Origin: an uncultured Clostridia bacterium
Lineage (GTDB): Bacteria; Bacillota; Clostridia; TANB77; CAG-465
Assembly (NCBI GenBank): GCA_934162655.1
Contig: CAKPJL010000001.1
Coordinates: 15,417 to 79,416 of the forward strand
Length of the DNA stretch: 64,000 nt
Reading direction: 5' to 3'
Shown in pieces: positions 57,731-64,000 of this stretch. Numbering within the stretch: position 1 is the stretch's first letter; every line of letters starts with the position of its first letter. The notes under the pieces are model-generated. The model ran no database searches and had not been told where the DNA came from. It saw only the letters and a list, made by a program, of their open reading frames with translations. The position numbers and the translations under genes are program-made.

Positions 57731-57767
57731 AAATGAACCATCAACTTATGGTTCATTTCTTTTTTTA
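57731..57767 (+). terminator. Rho-independent terminator
   Basis: aaatgaacca/tggttcattt stem followed by cTTTTTTT. Confidence 0.75.
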
Positions 57768-57785
57768 TTTTTTTATATAAAACTA

Positions 57786-57814
57786 TTGACTTTTTATTAC
57801 AAATTTATTATAAT
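57786..57814 (+). promoter_or_regulatory. Consensus sigma-A promoter of the tRNA pair
   Basis: TTGACT, 17 nt, TATAAT, ending about 20 nt before the first tRNA. Confidence 0.65.
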
Positions 57815-57833
57815 ATAAATGTTCCAAGCGAGT

Positions 57834-57910
57834 GGGCCTTTAGCTCAGCTGGTCAGAGCACCCGGCTCATAACCGGATGGTCCGGAGTTCGAATCTCTGA
57901 AGGCCCACCA
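57834..57910 (+). tRNA. tRNA with anticodon CAT (Met, or Ile2 if lysidine-modified)
   Basis: Hand-folded cloverleaf: acceptor GGGCCTT/AAGGCCC, D arm GCTC/GAGC, anticodon loop CTCATAA (CAT 57868-57870), T arm CGGAG-TTCGAAT-CTCTG, encoded CCA. Resembles Bacillus tRNA-Ile(CAU) rather than the initiator, having no three G-C pairs in the anticodon stem. Confidence 0.9.
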
Positions 57911-57938
57911 TTTTTGTATATTCGCTTGTTTGACAATC

Positions 57939-58024
57939 GGAAGGGTGTCCGAGTGGCTAAAGGAGGCAGACTGTAAATCTGTTAGCTTATGCTTACGATG
58001 GTTCGAATCCATCCCCTTCCACCA
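57939..58024 (+). tRNA. tRNA-Tyr (GTA), class II with long variable arm
   Basis: GGAAGGG acceptor, GAGTGGCTAAA D loop, anticodon GTA 57973-57975, long variable arm, GGTTCGAATCC T arm, encoded CCA. Confidence 0.93.
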
Positions 58025-58062
58025 TAGGGAAATTAGTCGAACTAATCGACTTTATATATATT

Positions 58063-58089
58063 AAAGGTTAATTTCGGTTAACCTTTTTT
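58063..58089 (+). terminator. Rho-independent terminator of the tRNA operon
   Basis: aaaggttaa/ttaaccttt stem followed by a T-run. Confidence 0.7.
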
Positions 58090-58116
58090 ATATGCTTTGA
58101 AAGGAGTTGATTAGTT

Positions 58117-58392
58117 ATGCAAATAATAAAGGAAAAACTAGATATAGAAGAAACATTAAATAAAAAGATAAAGAATATGTTAATGTTTTTAAATATTAAA
58201 GAAAAGATACAAAAAGGAAGTATAATTAATATTCCTAAAATAAACCTTGCATACATTGAACCTCATAAATTAGTTATTAATGATATAACTTACTTATTCT
58301 TTAATGAATGTGAAAATGTTTATATAAATACATTAGAAGAATCTATTGCTTTTAATGTATTAGAAGACTATATTAAAACTCATAAAAACTAA
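58117..58392 (+). CDS. Hypothetical acidic 91-aa protein
   Basis: ATG 58117 after AAAGGAG. First gene after the tRNA terminator. Confidence 0.45.
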   Translation: MQIIKEKLDIEETLNKKIKNMLMFLNIKEKIQKGSIINIPKINLAYIEPHKLVINDITYLFFNECENVYINTLEESIAFNVLEDYIKTHKN

Positions 58393-58587
58393 ACCTATTG
58401 ACTTATTTTAAAAAATTGATATTATATAAAACCAATAAAGACAAGCAGTATCCGTCTTTTATTAGAAAGGTAGGTACTTCTATGTTTAAAAACACACGAA
58501 AACAATTTATAAGTATGATTATAAGGAGTCAAAGGTATTAGTTATTACTAGTATTTTTGACTCTCTTTTTTATGGAAAAGGAGTTGA

Positions 58588-58974
<387 letters not shown>

Positions 58975-59015
58975 TCAATTGTTGATGATTAGTTTTATCA
59001 AGTGGAGGTGAAAAT

Positions 59016-59579
59016 ATGATTTATATAACAAGACACGGACAAACTGATTGGAATGTACAAAAGAAAGTTATGGGTAGATGTGATGAGCCATTAAATGAAA
59101 ATGGTTTAAAACAAGCATCTGAAACTAGAAATAATTTATTAAATACTGATATTGATTTAATACTTTGTTCTCCATTACAAAGAGCAAAGCAAACAGCTGA
59201 TGTAATAAATAAAGATAGAAATATACCAATAATTTATGATGAAAGAATTATTGAAAGAGATTTTGGGGAGTTTGAGGGCAAACAAACAAAAGATTTTGAT
59301 TTCCATGGATATTGGAATTATTATAAAAATGAACAATATGAGAGTGCTGAAAATATACAAGTATTTTTTAAAAGAATATATTCTTTTTTAGATGATATTA
59401 CAAAAAGGTATAAAGGTAAAAATGTATTAATAGTAGCACATGGTGGTGTAAGTATTCCTGTTGCTTGTTATTTTTATAATAACATCCCGGAAGGATCACT
59501 TGTTGATGCAGGTCTAGTATTAGGTAATTGCCAAGTTGCATCATATTCAATAGAAGAAAATAAAAAATTAACTAAATAG
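59016..59579 (+). CDS. Histidine phosphatase (phosphoglycerate mutase-like) family protein
   Basis: ITRHGQTDWN RHG motif, SPLQRAKQTA, and a VAHGG second His block. Confidence 0.8.
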   Translation: MIYITRHGQTDWNVQKKVMGRCDEPLNENGLKQASETRNNLLNTDIDLILCSPLQRAKQTADVINKDRNIPIIYDERIIERDFGEFEGKQTKDFDFHGYWNYYKNEQYESAENIQVFFKRIYSFLDDITKRYKGKNVLIVAHGGVSIPVACYFYNNIPEGSLVDAGLVLGNCQVASYSIEENKKLTK

Positions 59580-59596
59580 ATTAAGGAGATTATTAT

Positions 59597-60373
59597 ATGA
59601 TTAATGAGAAAATTATTTTAAATCAAAATAATGAAAAATTATTTGTTGAAACATATACACCAACAAATATAAAATCAACAATAATTTTTTGTCATGGAAT
59701 AACAGGTTGCAGAAAAGGTAGAACAAAAGATGATAATTATTTTCAAAAACTCGCTAAAAAATTAATGAATTTGGATTACAAAGTTATATTATTTGATTTT
59801 TCAGGACATGGAGATAGTGAAGGATATGATTATGATGTTTGTTTATCAAAAAATACAAAAGAATTAGAAATAATTTTTAATGAAGAAGTGAATGATAAAA
59901 ATGATGTTAATTTTCTCGCTTTTTCGTATGGTTCCGCGGTGCTATGTAATTTTTTATCACAAAATACAACACTAAATCCAAAACATATTGTACTATATAG
60001 TCCTTGTCTTTATCCAAATGAAAGTTGTTTTTTAAATTCTAACTCTATTTTTGGAAAAGATATTGTTAAAGATTTTGAAAGTGGTAAATTAAAAGAACTT
60101 GGTTATTGTGTTGTAGGTGCAAAAAACTTCTGTTTTGGTATGAAAATGATTGATGAATGTAAAAATTTTAAACCAAATTACTTAAATAAGTTTTCAGATA
60201 GAATTTTAGTGTTATCTGGTAAACAGGATATTATTCTAAACACTAAGTATAATGATGATTTTTGTAATATCAATGATATTACTAATATTTATCTAGATGC
60301 GTCACATTCTTTATTTGAAGAAATCAATACTGCATTTGATTATACAATAAATTTTTTAGAAGAAAAAAATTGA
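59597..60373 (+). CDS. Alpha/beta hydrolase family protein
   Basis: FCHGITG oxyanion region, FDFSGHGDSEG, nucleophile elbow AFSYGSA, and C-terminal DASHSLF. Confidence 0.6.
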   Translation: MINEKIILNQNNEKLFVETYTPTNIKSTIIFCHGITGCRKGRTKDDNYFQKLAKKLMNLDYKVILFDFSGHGDSEGYDYDVCLSKNTKELEIIFNEEVNDKNDVNFLAFSYGSAVLCNFLSQNTTLNPKHIVLYSPCLYPNESCFLNSNSIFGKDIVKDFESGKLKELGYCVVGAKNFCFGMKMIDECKNFKPNYLNKFSDRILVLSGKQDIILNTKYNDDFCNINDITNIYLDASHSLFEEINTAFDYTINFLEEKN

Positions 60374-60397
60374 TTTTGAACAAAATAGTGATATAAT
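60370..60397 (+). promoter_or_regulatory. Sigma-A promoter with extended -10 overlapping the hydrolase stop codon
   Basis: TTGATT, 16 nt ending in TGa, TATAAT (60392-60397). Confidence 0.5.
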
Positions 60398-60403
60398 GTT
60401 TAT

Positions 60404-60517
60404 AGAAATTAATCTTTTAAAAATTTCCAAACGTCTATAACTGATGCACCAATAACATATCTGTCCTAACAACAGATATAAAATCAACTAGAAAATAAAT
60501 CTGGTTGATTTTTTTAT
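60404..60517 (+). ncRNA. Candidate small RNA (promoter, two hairpins, intrinsic terminator, no SD-led ORF)
   Basis: Hairpin ATATCTGT/ACAGATAT at 60457-60479. Terminator aatcaactag/ctggttgatt at 60482-60510 followed by a T-run. Confidence 0.35.
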
Positions 60518-60684
60518 TGCAAATAACACCAAAGAACATCTGTACAAAAATGAAAATGCCTGTGTTTATGTATTAAATACTCATTCATATAAATAATTCG
60601 GTCAATGTTGAATTTTATGCAAAACATAACATAATGAAGTGCAGAGTTTTTTTATATAAGCAGCCCTACAAATAATTCTAATTC

Positions 60685-61461
60685 TTAATTTATAGTTGCA
60701 ATTATAAACAAATTATCTGAGTTATCAGATTCCAAGCTCTTTGGTAATTCTTCATTATATGCAACCCAATACTTGAAATCTTTATAATTCCATACTCCAA
60801 TTTTTTCGTAGACTTTATATTTTATAGTTCTCTCCTCTTTTGCTGAAAATTTATCTCTTTTATCATCTTTTACAATATGAACTTTATTAGTTTTTGCCTC
60901 ATATAATATGTCTATTATAAAAATGTCTCCTTCAATTGTGGACTGTACTACTCTGATAAAAGCATCTTCTTTTTTGTTGTACTTATCCATAAATTTACTA
61001 TATAAATTATCATTATGGATCATTGCTCCTATTACAAAACAATTATCTTTTTGAGCCTGTTTAGTAGTATAATTTTCTTCCAACATTCTTATATCCTTAT
61101 ATTGACTTGTGATGCTATGATTATAGAAGTCATCTATATTTGACATACCCCCAAACTCTATTGTATAATTATTTTCTAGTTCATACATTCCTTGTGCAGG
61201 AGTAATTGGAAAATATTTATTATTTAGTAAAAAACTAACTATTTCATCATTTTCATCTCTATATTTTATAACATAGCCTCCAAAGCTAGAACTCCATTCT
61301 ATGTCTACAAATTCATACTGCTTTTTAGGAAAATTTTTCTTTAAATAATTTGTGGCAGAAAGTTTTGCTATATTTTTTGGTATTATCAAACTAGTCCATA
61401 AGCAAATAATAACTACTAAAATTATAAATATTGTAACTATGACCACTACTTTTTTATTCAT
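60685..61461 (-). CDS. N-terminally anchored hypothetical protein with DUF4362-like C-terminal half
   Basis: N-terminal TM. FVIGAMIHNDNLYSKFMDKY...IRVVQSTIEGDIFIIDILYE...VKDDKRDKF resembles DUF4362 from recall. Confidence 0.45.
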   Translation of the reverse strand: MNKKVVVIVTIFIILVVIICLWTSLIIPKNIAKLSATNYLKKNFPKKQYEFVDIEWSSSFGGYVIKYRDENDEIVSFLLNNKYFPITPAQGMYELENNYTIEFGGMSNIDDFYNHSITSQYKDIRMLEENYTTKQAQKDNCFVIGAMIHNDNLYSKFMDKYNKKEDAFIRVVQSTIEGDIFIIDILYEAKTNKVHIVKDDKRDKFSAKEERTIKYKVYEKIGVWNYKDFKYWVAYNEELPKSLESDNSDNLFIIATIN

Positions 61462-61632
61462 AACTCCTCCTACTTAAAAATCTACTAACTTACTTTATTT
61501 AATATATCATAAACTTTTAAATTTATCTATAATCAAATAAGAGTTTATAGTATATAAAAAAAAAGATACTCTATACTTTGAGCATCTCTTCAAACATTTT
61601 AATATTAGCTTTTATATTTTTTCATTTTATTT

Positions 61633-62460
61633 CTACCTAATACTATCTAAACTTATGAAATCTGGTTGTCTTTTATGAAAAATTGCAATATTTTTTATTC
61701 CTAGAAACTCTAACATCTCATATACCTTTTTAAAATCCTTTGCCAAATCTTCTACTCTATGTGCATCTGACCCTATCGTTATTATCTTTCCTCCTAACTC
61801 TTTATATCTTTTAATAATTTCTATATTAGGATGTGGAGATAAAAGACCATATCTTATACCCGATGTATTAATTTCTATTCCCTTATCCTTTCTTATAAGA
61901 GACAATAAAATAGCATCTAAAATTTCTAGAAATTCACTATATTCAATATATTTTTCTTCATAATTTCCATACCTTACAACATAATCTAAATGGCCATAAA
62001 CATCAAATTCATCATAAATTAATATGTTTTCAAGCACTTCTTCAAAATATTTTAAATATGCTTCTTTCCTAGTAATACCATAAAAAAAACTTCTATCCAT
62101 TGCCATATCTTTTTTGCAGGTAATATGAGATGACCCTATTATAAAATCAAATGGAAATTTTTTAACTAAATTTTTTACATTATCTGATATGTCTGGTTGC
62201 AATCCTATCTCTATTCCAAAATTAAATTTAAAATCACATTTAGCTCTTAGTCTATAAAATTCATCATAGTATTTACAAACATCAAGTGTTTTTAATTTAG
62301 TTTTTATTCCATCATATACATCATAATGTTCCGTAAATGTAATTTCATCCACTTCTTTATTACTGGCTACTTTAATGCAATCTTCCATGCTAGAAATTCC
62401 GTCATGGCTTATTTTAGTGTGAACATGACAATCCTTATACATATTAATCCTCCTAGTCAA
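61633..62460 (-). CDS. PHP-family phosphoesterase (HisJ-type histidinol-phosphatase-like)
   Basis: DCHVHTKISHDG, TFTEHYD, GSSH, YGHLDY and GSDAHR metal-binding blocks. Confidence 0.65.
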   Translation of the reverse strand: MTRRINMYKDCHVHTKISHDGISSMEDCIKVASNKEVDEITFTEHYDVYDGIKTKLKTLDVCKYYDEFYRLRAKCDFKFNFGIEIGLQPDISDNVKNLVKKFPFDFIIGSSHITCKKDMAMDRSFFYGITRKEAYLKYFEEVLENILIYDEFDVYGHLDYVVRYGNYEEKYIEYSEFLEILDAILLSLIRKDKGIEINTSGIRYGLLSPHPNIEIIKRYKELGGKIITIGSDAHRVEDLAKDFKKVYEMLEFLGIKNIAIFHKRQPDFISLDSIR

Positions 62461-62680
62461 TTGACATTTATTTAGATAACAAAACTTACTATATACATAC
62501 TACCATAAAAATTTGTATGGTGCAACAATTTGTGTCTTGTTAATTTTATAGATGCCACAATCCCTTGTCTTTTTAATAAAATTATGTTATAATTAATACA
62601 CATTTTATACTAAAAGCCAAAAATAAATTTTTAGCTTGTTTAATCAACTTTTAACTTTCAACCTAAGGAGGAGTTATAAC

Positions 62681-63031
62681 ATGTCAATCGCATTAAAAAC
62701 CTTTGTAGAAGATATTTTATTTTGGTTTTCTATATTTTTTGCAAGTTCTCTATTTTCCGAACAAAAGTTGACTTTTTTCTTTATAACAATAGGCCTATAC
62801 GCTTTAATACTATTATTTTTATTTATAGAGTTTATTAAAGCGATTTATAGTAAAAATTCCTCAAAAAAAAGAATAAAAGTGTGTTTTACGAAACTACTAT
62901 ACTTTATTATATCAACTAGTATTTTTATACTATTGACACTAGCTGCTGTAAACTTATTTAATCTTGACTATTTTACATTATTTGAGATAATTTCGTTTGG
63001 TAGCAATTACTATACTCTAAAAAGTCTATAA
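62681..63031 (+). CDS. Small polytopic membrane protein (116 aa)
   Basis: Start moved to ATG 62681 after AAGGAGGAG. Three to four hydrophobic spans. Terminator hairpin aaaccagtg/cactggttt follows. Confidence 0.5.
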   Translation: MSIALKTFVEDILFWFSIFFASSLFSEQKLTFFFITIGLYALILLFLFIEFIKAIYSKNSSKKRIKVCFTKLLYFIISTSIFILLTLAAVNLFNLDYFTLFEIISFGSNYYTLKSL

Positions 63032-63076
63032 AATATATTAAACCAGTGGAATAATTAATTCACTGGTTTATTTTTC

Positions 63077-63105
63077 TTGACTTTTATTAAATTATGTCAT
63101 ACAAT
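63077..63105 (+). promoter_or_regulatory. Sigma-A type promoter
   Basis: TTGACT, 17 nt, TACAAT. Confidence 0.55.
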
Positions 63106-63178
63106 TTGCTTAATATGCGTAATTTAAGTATATGATAATATAAATACTTATATATATTAATTTTGGAGGTTAAAATTG

Positions 63179-64000
63179 ATGATAGTAAATATTCTTTTTA
63201 TCCTTTTAGGTTTTGTACTACTAATAAAAGGAGCAGACTTTTTAGTAGATGGTTCTTCTGATATAGCAAAGAAACTGAAAGTGTCTGAAATGATTATAGG
63301 ACTTACCATAGTATCTATTGGTACATCTATGCCTGAGTTATTCGTAAATATTACATCTTCTCTACAAGGTAGTTACGATATTACAATAGGAAACATAGTA
63401 GGATCAAACTTATGCAACTTACTATTAATACTTGGGATTTCTACAATTATTACACCTCTAACTTTTGAAAAAGAAACTAAACTTATTGAAATACCAATAT
63501 GCCTTGCAGTAACGGTTTTATTTGGTATATTTTGCAATACTTCAAATGGAATATCTAGAATTGAAGCAATAATACTTTTGTGTCTTTTTATATTATTCAT
63601 AACCTATACAATTATAATGGCAAAAAAAGGAAAAGAATTTAACAAAGATGAAAATGGTAATTTTAAGATAAATGAAATAGCTAAAAATTCAACTCTAAAA
63701 AATATAATTATTATCTTACTTGGTATAGCAGGGTTGAAATTTGGAGGGGATTTAGTAGTAAACAATTCAAAAGAAATTGCAACAGTGTTAGGACTTAGTG
63801 AGAAATTTATTGGTCTTACTATACTTGCTGTTGGAACCAGTTTACCAGAGCTTGTTACTAGTGTAACCGCTGCAATAAAGCATAACAGCGATATAGCCAT
63901 TGGAAACATAATAGGATCAAATATTTTTAATATTTTATTTATTATAGGTACATCTTCAATTATATCTCCTATATCATATAACAAAACATATAATGTCCAA
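63179..64000 (+). CDS. Ca2+/Na+ antiporter (CaCA/YrbG family), N-terminal 274 codons (runs off the window)
   Basis: Open at the window end, so missing from the ORF track. My translation is MIVNILFILLGFVLLIKGADFLVDGSSDIAKKLKVSEMIIGLTIVSIGTSMPELFVN...GNIVGSN, with a second repeat IGLTILAVGTSLPELVTS...GNIIGSN (alpha-1/alpha-2 repeats). GGAGG lies 9 nt upstream. Confidence 0.85.
   Translation, partial: MIVNILFILLGFVLLIKGADFLVDGSSDIAKKLKVSEMIIGLTIVSIGTSMPELFVNITSSLQGSYDITIGNIVGSNLCNLLLILGISTIITPLTFEKETKLIEIPICLAVTVLFGIFCNTSNGISRIEAIILLCLFILFITYTIIMAKKGKEFNKDENGNFKINEIAKNSTLKNIIIILLGIAGLKFGGDLVVNNSKEIATVLGLSEKFIGLTILAVGTSLPELVTSVTAAIKHNSDIAIGNIIGSNIFNILFIIGTSSIISPISYNKTYNVQ

Noticed and set aside
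58068-58256. 62-aa minus-strand ORF next to the tRNAs
   Set aside because: It overlaps the tRNA operon terminator and is antisense to the SD-supported 91-aa plus-strand ORF. It has no SD.
63373-63984. Two minus-strand ORFs (75 aa and 126 aa) near the window end
   Set aside because: The plus strand here encodes a CaCA antiporter with clear alpha-repeat motifs (GTSMPEL / GTSLPEL, GNIVGSN / GNIIGSN). It was missed by the ORF track only because it runs off the window. The minus ORFs are its shadows.

Overview
Very AT-rich chromosomal segment from an endospore-forming anaerobic Firmicute with Clostridia-like gene content. No database search or computation was run; all calls come from reading the sequence and ORF translations, and family assignments are from recall. 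Sporulation and germination genes include a gerA-type germinant receptor operon, spoVAC/AD/AE, spoIIP, spoIIM, yunB and a sipL-like DUF3794-LysM gene; a four-subunit 2-oxoacid:ferredoxin oxidoreductase operon is also present. Most of the window is core housekeeping. This covers a fragment of the ribosomal spc/alpha operon (adk-map, then infA-rpmJ-rpsM-rpsK-rpsD-rpoA-rplQ), rplM-rpsI, recA-recX, topA, trmFO, folC, holA, scpA, mrnC, deoD, ychF, tsaC, tmcAL, rnhA and a partial xerD, plus two tRNAs (anticodons CAT and GTA). I saw no CRISPR array, rRNA, intact transposase, reverse transcriptase or recognisable defence system. Candidates I could not explain with known families: (1) a co-transcribed trio of paralogous proteins with type IV pilin-like but Glu5-less N-termini and no assembly machinery nearby (24996-27401). 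(2) An 879-aa SF2 DEAH helicase carrying two internal transmembrane helices, separated by 1 nt from the upstream tsaC and sitting where secY would normally precede adk (9789-12428). (3) A strongly promoted, opposite-strand 99-aa gene with three terminators inserted between map and infA. (4) A ccdA gene split exactly between its two 3-TM halves. (5) A decayed integrative-element remnant downstream of tRNA-Tyr, with a promoter-plus-terminator sRNA candidate. (6) An HD domain fused to a degenerate EAL domain, next to a 455-aa orphan gene. Smaller oddities are an apparent AUA start for tmcAL, a roughly 50-aa insertion in L17, a short-form HPF, and a Ger(x)C subunit lacking the lipobox cysteine.
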